From Octopus vulgaris (Eukaryota), in the NCBI GenBank assembly GCA_951406725.2, contig OX597815.1:103168001-103232000 (forward strand): DNA of 64,000 bases, given 5' to 3'. Of this stretch, positions 1-11,200 are shown in pieces. The position numbers were made by a program, and so were the translations under genes. How positions within the stretch are numbered: position 1 is the stretch's first letter; the number at the start of each line of letters is the position of its first letter. Under the pieces are notes generated by a model, which saw nothing but the letters and a program-made list of their open reading frames with translations, was not told the origin of the DNA and did no database searches.

Positions 1-862
1 TTCTTAAGATGACATATATTAAAAGATCCGATGGATTGGCACTCAAATATTTAGTTCAGATACTTTCTACATATCTCTTTGTGTATCAATCTACATAATA
101 TACTTGTTCATTATTTACTTTTATTATTTTCGTGAAGAAAATAAAATTTCTTTTCTCTTTTTAAATTTATTTTCTTTACAGAATTTCAAAGAATGAAATT
201 TCATGATAATCATGCAATGGTATTTATACAATAACTTTCCAAGTGCATATGCGCTTCAACCTTATAGATTTTTTTCGTTAAAATATTGAATTTTTTTCTG
301 TACTTATTTCCTTTTCAGTTTTAAAAGTCAGATAGGTTGACAGTGACAGCAGTGTTCAATGTTCGTTATACAAATTCATCCTTCAAAATTTCGCAGAGGA
401 AATAAATATAAAAATAAAATTTCGTTCTATAAAAGTTATGGAAGAGAATATGTATTTTAATATGAAGAACAAAGGGATTTTAGCCTTGTTATGAATCAGT
501 TATTTACGCATAAATTAGAATTGCGGCAGAGGGCTTGTGAGGAAATTTAAACATAATTTCCCCATAGGGATACTGCCTAAAAAGATGAGACGAGAGTGTT
601 AAAGAAATTTAATACAATATTATCGAGAGGTGCATCCATGCCTTTTAAGGAGAAAGAATAAAATAGTACAAAAATAAGTGTGCACTTTATTGCTTAATTA
701 GATCTTTATTGAATGTTCACCTATTATTTCGCAGTACACTTTACTGGCATACACTACACAAACAATATTCAGTCTCTTATCATCACCATCATCATCATTA
801 TTATTGGTGTAGTTGTTGTTGTTCTTTTCTTGTTGTCGTTGTTATACTTATTATTATTATTG

Positions 863-1673
863 TTTTACTTTTGAGAAGACACAGTCTTGTTTGTTCTGGT
901 AGATTCTATGAGAGCGGACAGCAGCCAGCTGTCAGAGGTCACACAGGGTCTGTTTCCGCACATTATAAGCTTTGGTATTTGGTTGCAAATTTTCGTTGGA
1001 GACATTCAACATCCAAGTACCAATCTCAAAAGCCTAGCTGTCCCCAACAGAGCAGTTCTTTAAGGATTGCTCCGCTCTCATGTCAATTCTGATTTCTTTG
1101 ACATATTCTCGAACTTAGTTTTTTTGTGTTCCGCGTGCCCCTACAACTACTGGAATAACAGACACTCTCCTCATAGTCAACATTCTTGCAACTTCGTCTT
1201 TTAGTAGTCTGTACTTTTCAATCTTTTCTAGTTCTCTGTCACTTATGCAAGCATCTCTAGGTATTGCAATATCTATGATTTTGGTTTCCTTTTCCCTTTA
1301 TCTACCACAATATCTGGTCTCCGAGCATCGATTAGGGAGTCACACTGGATTGTAAAATCCCACAGTATCTTATGCTCTTTGTTCTTGGTGACTCCTTCGG
1401 GTTCATGTTCGTAATATTTCCGTGTTCTCTTCAGGCCGTACTTTTCACATATCCTCCAGTGGACGAACTTAGCCACGTTATTGTACCTCCTTTTGCAGTG
1501 CTTCAGGGCCAGCTTGCTACATTCACTCACAATATGTGAGATTGTTTCTTTTCTGCTACCAAACATTCGCTACTCTTATCTATTTGGAACTTGGTGTAAT
1601 TAGCTCTGAGCTTGTTCCTGGGCGCTGCATATCAGTGCCTCAGTGCATCCTTTCCGATCACTTATTCTTAGCC
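863..1673 (-). mobile_element. R4/Dong-type RLE non-LTR retrotransposon, 3' fragment (family C)
   Basis: ORF 1273-1566: ETISHIVSEC zinc-knuckle remnant, ILWDF, RPDIVVD endonuclease motif; upstream TEALICSAQEQA; ends in an AAT-like tail. Confidence 0.85.
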
Positions 1674-1689
1674 TTATCATTATTGTTGT

Positions 1690-2343
1690 TATCATAGACG
1701 TCGCACAGTATACAATATCGTGAGGTTGTTGATTGGGGATATTGTGTCTACCGGTGGTTTGTACAGACAGACAGTACTCTACACAGTATGCGTGCAGTTC
1801 CAAGTAATGTTGACTTTTGCAATACACCTACATTGTAGGGTATTTCTAAAGTTTTCAGATATTTTTCAGCAAGGCTTGTACATGGCACTGGATCTCCTTT
1901 TGGTTCATAACAACAGGCCACTTGCATTTGCGAGCACGTTGCATATTTTGATCAATACAAAGACAATGTCTTGTAGCATAGCTAGCAGTTGTTAGATTAC
2001 AACCGGGCTCACCTGCCGCACAGTAGGGAAACTGCCGGGTGCGGTACCTTCTCCCATTGGTTCCAGTCCTGTTCACACCGTTATCGTCATTTATTTTGTT
2101 TGACAACTTCACTCACCATTGACGTGTGTTTTTAGGTTACTGCCAAATGGTATTTTTATTGAGACATCCTCTCTATCAAGGCAGTCCACCAAGGCGGCAG
2201 GGGCCTTGTTTTTCTGGTTTGGGACACAGAGTCTTCTTTCTCCTAGGCTACTTGGCACCCAAGGCTAAAGAGTATAGCCTACCCGGATCACTAGTTAAGT
2301 GAAGGTACCCAGATACTCACCTTTCCTCACACTTCATCTGTTG

Positions 2344-2345
<2 letters not shown>
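1690..2345 (-). mobile_element. Internally deleted R4/Dong-type element (5' UTR and N-terminus fused to the 3' end)
   Basis: 3' part translates QKSTLLGTARILCRVLSV; 5' part has a LINE 5'UTR-like motif (gcctaggagaaagaagactctgtgtcccaaacc) and N-terminal RARKCKWPVVMNQKEIQC; flanked by (TAA)n. Confidence 0.6.
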
Positions 2346-2413
<68 letters not shown>

Positions 2414-2415
<2 letters not shown>

Positions 2416-2678
2416 TAGTTTTATTTTTATAGCGTGCTTTCACTTCACTACCGAGCGCAGCTCTGTGTGCCTTGGGTATGTGCTGTGATTTGTTGTGATG
2501 CTCTGATGGTTATTGTATGGAAAGTGTTCTGCGTAGGATGTGTGCAGTGCGTAGTAGTATATTTCTTTTCATTACATGTTTTTGGTAATTTCTGGTGGGG
2601 AGGCTTTGGTCTTGTGCTGCAATTAAAAATCCCTCTGTCTCTGCTTTGAGTCCTGAGCTTCTCAACCATTGCTGGAAT
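2414..2678 (-). mobile_element. R4/Dong-type fragment (family A) with internal deletion
   Basis: QQWLRSSGLKAETEGFLIAAQDQSLPTRNYQKHVMK joined to TAHILRRTLSIQ; 3' UTR nearly identical to 61200-61311. Confidence 0.9.
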
Positions 2679-2704
2679 ATTATTATTATTATTATTATTA
2701 TTAT

Positions 2705-3330
2705 TGAGTGAGAGAGCAATGCATACCATCAAAGTGACACTGGGGTAAAATATACAAAGCCCAATATACCCATCATAACTACACGTCTGATAAGGGTACA
2801 CCAGGTACATGCATCACAACCATATGTGTGCGACATGGTGATCTCATATCAAGATAAACTGCGCATGATCTTGCGGGTGGGACTCAGTTAGAACTTGATT
2901 CAGGTTGAGTAGCTCATCTACATCAAATGGTCTCTTAATAAAGGTTGTTTAAGGGTGTTGAATGAAACACCTATGTTTCCAGAAGTGAGTTATCCAAACT
3001 CCAAAGAATTCCTCTCAACACATGCCAATGATGCCTCGCACTACTTCTGCTCGTGATCAGAGATGCACACATATTTTCAGCGACCAAAGGACATGCTGAA
3101 ATGGTTAAGATCAAAATACTGACTAGCAAATTTGTGGTATTGAGCAGAGTATATGCTGTAGCCCATCTTTTATACCAAGTCAAAACAATGTACATTATAA
3201 CACTTCCAATCAGTTAAGATCAGAAGTCCTGAGAGATATCAGAAGCCATGAGAGAGTTCAGAAGCCATGAGAGGGTTAAGAAGCCATGTGAGTGTTCAGA
3301 AGCCATGAAAGAGATCAGAAGCATAAGGGA
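2705..3330 (-). mobile_element. Unclassified interspersed repeat with (TAA)n tail on the minus strand
   Basis: Non-coding block between TAA tracts; minus strand ends ...ctctctcactc(aat)n. Confidence 0.45.
3220..3322 (+). repeat. 19-bp minisatellite (tcagaagccatgagagagt-like), about 5 units
   Basis: Repeated agaagccatga at 19-bp spacing. Confidence 0.85.
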
Positions 3331-3411
3331 AATCAAAAGCGACGAGAGTTTATCAGGAACCATGAGAATAGATCAAAAGCTACGGGAGTTATTATTATTA
3401 TTATAATTATA

Positions 3412-3498
<87 letters not shown>

Positions 3499-3532
3499 GT
3501 TATTGTTATTATTATTATTATTGTTATTATAT

Positions 3533-3690
3533 GTTTGACTTTGTATTTGTACAAGTTGGCTCCAAGTCTCACCCAACGACATCAAGAAACAACAAGTTAG
3601 AAGTTCATGTTGGTGTTATGCCTTGGGTGTCATATATTTGGTTTTGTACATAGTATGATTTAGAGAATGTTTACGAAAACACGAATATTA
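3533..3690 (-). mobile_element. 3' UTR fragment of R4/Dong family B
   Basis: Aligns with 38275-38440 (ttgtacaagttggctc..agtctcaccca..gaagttcatgttgg); abuts (TAA)n 3390-3530. Confidence 0.8.
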
Positions 3691-3922
3691 TAAGTTTAGG
3701 CTAAATAATGCAGCTATTATTTAATTTATTTTTCGTTTTTTTTTGTGTGTATGATGGTTGTGGACGTAGATGGTCTGATATTGATTTGAACCGTAATGTG
3801 GCGAGCGTGTTTCCACGTGTTATGCGAATGATGGAAAAGGCACACAGTTATCATCATCATCATCATCATCATCATTACTACTACTACTACTACTACTACT
3901 ACTATTATTATTATTATTATTA

Positions 3923-3983
<61 letters not shown>

Positions 3984-4002
3984 CATTATTATCATTATTA
4001 AA

Positions 4003-5606
4003 CACAAGTCAGCAGTAGGCCCTGTTAAGTTCCCTGCTTGTGTCCTGAAAGTGTGTCGATACCAACTTGCATCAACTCTTGCTAATCTCTGGAGAAAGTC
4101 ACTGGATGTTGGCTATATTCCTGAAAACCTGCTGTCCCAGTCTGTTGTCCCGGTTTTCAAAAAAGATAGAAATCCTTTGCAGTGAACTACTGTCCGATCT
4201 CACTCACTTCTCATATCATCAAAGTATTTGAGAGGGTGGTGAGATCACGATTAACCCACTTGAAAGGAACAGACTGCTGAACCCTAAACAGCATGGGTTC
4301 GATAATGAAAGAAACTGCCTAACACAGCTCCTGTATCACCTTGATGACATTTTGAGAGCTTTGGGAGAAGGCTCCAACACCGATGTCGTCTACCTTCATT
4401 TCAACAAGGCATTTGACAGGGTTGATCATAAGATTCTCTTGAAAAACTATCCAATATTGGTGTCTCTAGAAAGTTACTACGAGGGATTAAGTGTTTCCTG
4501 ATAAACAGAATTCAACACGTTGTAGTCGAAGGAGTAAAATCATGTCAGTAGTGGTGTTCCGCAAGGCACTGTGTTAGGCTCATTTCTTTCCGTCATCTCC
4601 ATCAGTGACATCACTGACATCATCAAGCACAGCAACATTAGAATCTTTGCAGATGATTCCAAGATCCAGAAGATCATCAATGAAGTGGGTGACCGGACAT
4701 GCCTTCAGTCAGATCTACTGGTTTTCATCCAATGAGCGGAATAATATGTTACTGAACGAGGACAATTTTGAGTTAATCCACTTCGGAAAAGAGGATACCC
4801 TGAAACTCTCATACTTTCTTCATTCAGGTGAAACTCACACAGCATACAACAACATTAGAGACTTGGGAGTAATTGTGGACAAGAGCATAATCTGGGCCGC
4901 TCATATGAACAGCAAAGCTGAAATGGCCCGCAGAATATGTTCCTGGATTCTCAGATCTTTCTAATCGAGACGTATCCACAACATTATCCTTCTCTTCTCT
5001 ACTTTTGCCCGACCTAACCTTGAATACTGTTGTCCTCTCTTGTTTCCCCACATGAAACAAAGTATCATGAAATTTGAAGCACCTCAAAGGTCAATTATAA
5101 CAAAGATAGATGGCATGACAGACCTCGACTTTGAGGTCGACGAGAAAAGCTGAAGATGTATTCTCTCCAACGCCGCCGTGAGCACAACATCATCTGCATG
5201 ATGTGGAAAATAATCCATCAGAATTGCGAAGGATGTTGGCATCCCCTTTAAGATACACCGAAGACTTGGGCCTCATGGAATCCGCTCACAGCTTAAATCA
5301 TACACGCTTCACATAACAACAATACGACATATTTATTTCATCTCAATTTGCCACGCTCTCTTTAATATAACCCCAAAACACATTAAAGCAGAAACAGACC
5401 CAAAAAATTTCAAGAAATCTTTGGACAAATTTCTTTAAGAAATTCCGGACAAACTTACTACACCCGGATATTTCTCCGTAAACAATAACTCTCTACTCGA
5501 GAGGGACATGTTGTCGGATTCCTGGTTTGAATGACTTTGCCAGATGCTATTAAGAGTTAGACGTAGCCTGGTTCAACACTGGCCATAACATTTCAAATCA
5601 TCAAAG
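4003..5606 (+). mobile_element. CR1-clade LINE, 5'-truncated, degenerate reverse transcriptase
   Basis: Across frameshifts: NYCPISLTSHIIKVFERVV, QHGF, DVVYLHFNKAFDRVDH, SGVPQGTVLG, FADDSK, RDLGVIVD, RPNLEYC. Confidence 0.85.
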
Positions 5607-5631
5607 TAATATATATATATATATATATATA

Positions 5632-6734
5632 CTAGCATAAATACCCGGCGTAGCCTGGGTTAAAGAAAATGATGAAATTTATGTCTTTTAAGTAAAATGA
5701 AACAGGGTTTATGCAGTTCTTAGCAGTAATTAGCTGAGGTACAAACTATTAATACAAACTATTAACATGATTTATCTGATGTTCTCAATTTAAAATTGTT
5801 CTTTGTCTTTGCAATCACCTTTAATTGTCAGTACTTATTCCATTGTCAGCACTTATTTGAAACACGTTGAACCTGAAACTGCTATAAATTTGAGAAGAAC
5901 CGGCCTGCGGGCGCACCCCTCCTGTTAATATGTACATTTAATAAAAATTCTATCAGATGACGCGAGCATAAACAAATGTATTGAAACAAATCCAGAAATC
6001 AATCACAGTTTAATTATCTAGAGCTTCTAAATATACGATGTTTCGAGTGTGTCCTTTAATTGGTGTAAATTTTGGGGACATCTAACTCGCGAACAGCCTA
6101 CTTATAGTTGGCTACGAGAGAAACAAGGTGAAGCGTAGCAACATTGAGAGACTGTCCTTGAGACATGTTTATTGACATAGCGAAATTTATTTTCACTGGG
6201 AACTGGAACCGTTTAAATTCAAAAGAACGGGGTCATATGGGATTAACGGGATCCGTGAAATGAAGACATCCTCACCCTTATAGTTCCCAGCCATAATTGG
6301 TGCCTTGAGAAAATAGTGTTGCATCGCTTTCGCCACTAGTATACTGCCGTTGCACAGACGGGGTGGATCTAGATTCTTGCGCAGCATGATTGGAGCCCCC
6401 TTTTTAAGTGTTAATTTGTAAGGTAGCATCCCAGATGGTTGTAAAAAGTGTTTGAAAGACTGTTCTTGCCCGGGCAACATTTTTTTTCTGAGATGAAAGT
6501 ATCTTTAGAAATTATATCGTCACAACTGTAATGATATATACACACGAGTGTGTGTAAATAACTGGTTAAAACGCCAAAGACAATAAGTTCAAACACAAGA
6601 AGTTGAGAAAACGCTTTGAAGAAGTGAATCTTTATATATAGAGCAATATTACTCCATGTATGGTACATATTGACTCAGAGGTTCGAGCGTGCATTGCAGA
6701 CACACACACAGACAGGGTATTTTAAATATTAAGA
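5632..6734 (-). mobile_element. Non-autonomous Helitron retaining a Pif1 helicase C-terminal fragment
   Basis: Minus-strand 3' hairpin cccaggctacgccggg then CTAG-T at 5632; ORF 6193-6480 GAPIMLRKNLDPPRLCNGS..GEDVFISRIPL then FAMSINMSQGQSL; TC-type 5' ends at 6642 and 6734. Confidence 0.8.
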
Positions 6735-6808
6735 GGGGGGCGTTGTGTGTGCGCTTGCGTATACACACACACACATACACACATACACACACAAACACAC
6801 ACGCACAT

Positions 6809-6839
<31 letters not shown>

Positions 6840-7309
6840 CACGTACAAATACACACGCAGGAAGGTACTCCAACATGCATATATATATCATATCGATATG
6901 ATAAAATATTAATGCTGTTTCGACGAAGAACCATGACTATATTTACATTCTGAAAGAGGCAAGTTCATAAAACAATCACCAACTGGTGCATCTAACGCAT
7001 AGAAATTGAGGGTGAGAGTTATCTCAACATTAATTGCTAATAACAAACGTTCGCACTTAAAGTACTGAACTCTTACCTCTTTCAGACTTAGTCCTAACTC
7101 AATTCCGTTATATTCTCCGTTTATTTGATATTCAAAATAGATGCATTTTTTTGTGTGTTCTATGTCAAAAAAGAAATAAACGACTGGTTTATGTATGAAT
7201 ACATACATACATATGAATACATGAATACATACATACATACATATATATATATGAATACATACATACATATGAATACATACATACATACATATATGAATAC
7301 ATACATACA

Positions 7310-7348
<39 letters not shown>

Positions 7349-7376
7349 ATATATACATATACATATATATATATAT

Positions 7377-7432
<56 letters not shown>

Positions 7433-7436
<4 letters not shown>

Positions 7437-8021
7437 AAAGTTGGTTTGTGAAACCACGTGGTTGAATATATAGAAAATAGTAAAAAGTGAAAAAACTACA
7501 GAAGGCTTGTTTTAAAAGGTTAAAAAATATATATTTGAGTCAATATGTCTGAAGAATATGATAAATTTTTTTCTTACAATGACAACTACTACCACAATTT
7601 TTAATCTTTCCATTTTACCAATGTGCTATCGGATCATCAATACAAATTAGACTAAACAAGGAAACATTCTTCATTGAAAAGAACAAGCCCAGACTTAACC
7701 ATTCCAACATACTTATACAGAGAAATTCACACCAAGGGAAAGGCAAAAGATTTTAAGCGATTATCTCCCTTACACCGGAAGAAATCACTTATTACCTCCC
7801 CTTATCTAGAACTCCTTTCAACATAAACATAACGATAACTCTCCTCAACATAAACATAACGACGTAAGAAATTTGAAAAGCTAAACGCGAAACCGGTCTT
7901 TCTTCTAAACTATGTCATTGTAAGAAAAAAATTTATAATATTCTTCAGACATATTGACTCAAATATATATTTTTTAACCTTTTAAAACAAGCCTTCTGTA
8001 GTTTTTTCACTTTTTACTATT

Positions 8022-8030
<9 letters not shown>
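7433..8030 (+). mobile_element. Penelope-like remnant with inverted terminal arms
   Basis: 7466-7584 is the reverse complement of 7913-8030; interior encodes LIFPFYQC..IRLNKETFFIEK (same as the GIY-YIG C-terminus at 54460-54560); flanked by (TA)n. Confidence 0.85.
7866..7904 (+). ncRNA. Degenerate minimal hammerhead ribozyme
   Basis: aagaaa/tttctt stem I, gc-taaac-gc stem II, GAAA, palindromic ccgg, GUC site; CUGANGA box decayed (tttgaaaa). Confidence 0.6.
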
Positions 8031-8084
<54 letters not shown>

Positions 8085-8263
8085 CATATATATATATACA
8101 TATATATGTATATATATATGTGTATATACATATATATGTACAAAATATGAATTAGAGATAAAACCACCATTAGACAATTCAAACAGTAATAGACATAAAC
8201 CAATACTTAAATAACAAATAATATAAATATAATCAATATAATATATATATATATATATATATA

Positions 8264-11200
8264 TCTCTATATAAACGGCAGTTTGTCTGTGCGTGCTTCT
8301 GTGTGTCTGTTTTCTCGTACCCTCACCCTGACCACGGCTTTCAACCGATTCTGATGAAACTTGACACACACATAGCCCAATGTCATAATTCAAAACTAAC
8401 GCAGCGAAAATTTTGAAAAGTTCCCCCAGTTCTGAAAAAAATTGATAAATTCGACATGGGGTCGAGAATCATAAACATGAACCACAGACTGTCTAGGGGA
8501 CGCAACTCGAGAATCTAAGCTTTTTTTATGCAACGCATTATCTATGGTAGTTTTCACAACTTGCAATCGATTTTCACCAAACTCATGGTGAAGCTTAATG
8601 TTACCCTAAGAAACTCAATTCTGACTTTAGTTTTCCATGCAATACCTTACCATCAGAAACAATCGATAAAATCATGCCATTTTGGGAAATCGCGTTCAAA
8701 TTCAAGATGACATATTTTCGACAATATCTTTCACAAATTGGCAGGAATCTTTTTTTTTTTCACAACGAGCATCATGTCTGCTCCAAGGAGCTATATAGCC
8801 CTTTTTATTCCAATAGGATACATTATTGGAAAAAATCGGTTAATTTAATCATATGTGGCACACATAGCAAACAAATTTGTGTATTAAACACAAACCAGAC
8901 TGTCTAGGGGACGCAACTTGACCTTTTTAGCTATCGATAATTCGATCCAACCAATTCCTACCAGGAAGAAATTACATTCGAGACTTTACCCCCAACACCG
9001 CCACTTCTGCTAATAGCTGCTGCAGCCGCAAGTTATTCGAATACTTTTTTTGTTTAAACTTTCTTTATAACTACCACCCCAAACGTTTTACCTTCAATTT
9101 TTGACGTACCCTAACGGTCCTCGGACGCTACTTGCAAACTCTTGGTTTATTATAAACCACTTTTGTCGTGTGCATCAAAAAACTTTTCCTTTCGTTTGTT
9201 CAGTTTGATCACTTTTGACTTTTTCGTTGTTGTCACTCACATTGCTGCCAGCTTTTTGGCCGTTTTTGTACATTTTTATACATTTTCGGATACTTACCCC
9301 ACGAGCTCCTTTTTATTACACCTTTACCAAACACATTGCTATCCACCAAAATACTTACCCCACGTGTTCCTTTTTATTACACCTTTGCCAAACACATTGC
9401 TATCCACCAAAATGCCACCGAAGAAGAGAAGGACCCTCCTCAGCCCTCGGACGGCCAAGGCATCGGCTGCTAGGGCTAGAAGGGCACGCGAGACCCACGA
9501 GGAAACCGCCTTGCGCCTCTCGCAAACAGCTTCCCGTTATGCCGCTGCTCAGGCATCTGAAACTACTAGCGACCGTTCTACCCGACTTGCAAGGGTCGCA
9601 GCGTACAAATCTTCCCTCCGCTCGAGGTTGACGAAAGAGCAACAGTCCAGCCAAAACATGCGGGCTTCTTACTGTGCTTCCATCCGCAGAGCTCGCGAGA
9701 ACCCCGAACAAAGGGCCATTCGGAATGCGGCTAACGCCACTAGCACCGCCAGGACACGATCTGTCGAAACCTCACAGCAGAGGAGAACTCGCCAATGTGC
9801 TGACGCCGCAAACAAAGCCATGGCCAAAGCTGCCGGAACACCTCAACAGAGGAGAGCTCGCCAAGCTGCTAACGCCGCAAACAGCCAGGGCTCGATCTGC
9901 CGAAACTCCACACCAACGGACTATTCGGACATCCAGACATGCCATTAGCACTGCTTCTGCTAGGGCTTCAGAGGGTGCTGAGGCGAGAGCTGAAAGGCTT
10001 TCAAGGGATGCCACTGCTACCGCTGTCGCACGTGCATCTGAATCTGCTGAGGCACGGTGCACTCGACTTGAGAGTATCAACAAACGTCGGGATATCATTC
10101 GTGGTGTACGTACCCCTGCCCCCGCTTTCTGGTTGTCACTAGCATTCAACTACGACGCCACAATTAACTTCTCCTTGCGTGACGACATCAAGATAGGGTC
10201 AATGACAATTGTATGCCAGTTTTGCAAAGCCAAGAAATGGCCCGGAGAGCCACCTGGTTTGTGCTGCTCTGGTGGCAAAGTGGACCTGCCACCCCTACGG
10301 GAACCACCTCAACCACTGAAGGATCTCGCGGCGGGTTTAACCCCCGATTCGTCACAATTCCTTGAAATAATTCGAAAGTACAACTGCTCATTCCAAATGA
10401 CCTCTTTCGGGGCCAAAATTCCTCCCAGAGAAGGCTGGATGCCTACTTTCAAAGTGCAGGGACAGGTCTACCATCTTATTGGGTCACTTCTGCCAGACGA
10501 GATTCAGCAGTCTTCTTTCCTCCAAATATACTTCATTGCCGACTACAACCACCAGGTTGATGCACGCCTTGGAATAATACCGGGTACAAGCTATGTTCCC
10601 CGCAAAGACATTCTTCTCCGTCTCCAAACCATGCTTCATGATATCAACAGCTACGTCTGCAGCTTCAGATATGCCTTGGACAGTGCTCCATCTCCAAACT
10701 TCACCGTTGTCATTGATGCTGATAAACGACCCCACGGGGAGCACGAACGCCGTTTCAACGCACCTGCGTGCAACGAAATTGCCGCAGTCATACACGGAGA
10801 GCAACACAACAGCCGTGACATAATCATCTCCTCCCGTGGTAACAACCTACACAGGATCAGCGAGACTCACAGATCTTATGACGCGCTTCAGTATCCATTG
10901 CTTTTCCCTTATGGGGAAGACGGCTACCACTTCGGAATTCCTTTACGGCAGCCCTTCAATCAAACTACTGCGGCATCAAAGACGGTTTCCTGCAGGGCGT
11001 TCTACTCATACCGGTTCATGGTCAGGGAGGGTGAGTTCAACTTATCGCCCCGTTGTCGTCAGCTATTCAACCAGTTCGCCGTCGACATGGCCGCAAAAAT
11101 GGAATCGGAAAGGCTGCTATACATTAAACTTAATCAGACCAAACTTCGCTCCGACTCCTACATTCATCTCCGTGACGGTTTGCAACAAGAAAATGACCCT

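Noticed and set aside
182-219. Possible plus-strand micro-exon (FQRMKFHDNHAM) after a good polypyrimidine-CAG
   Set aside because: Weak donor (GTATTT), no partner exons or homology
3220-3322. Regularly spaced repeats resembling a CRISPR array
   Set aside because: Head-to-tail 19-bp minisatellite without unique spacers; eukaryotic context, no cas genes
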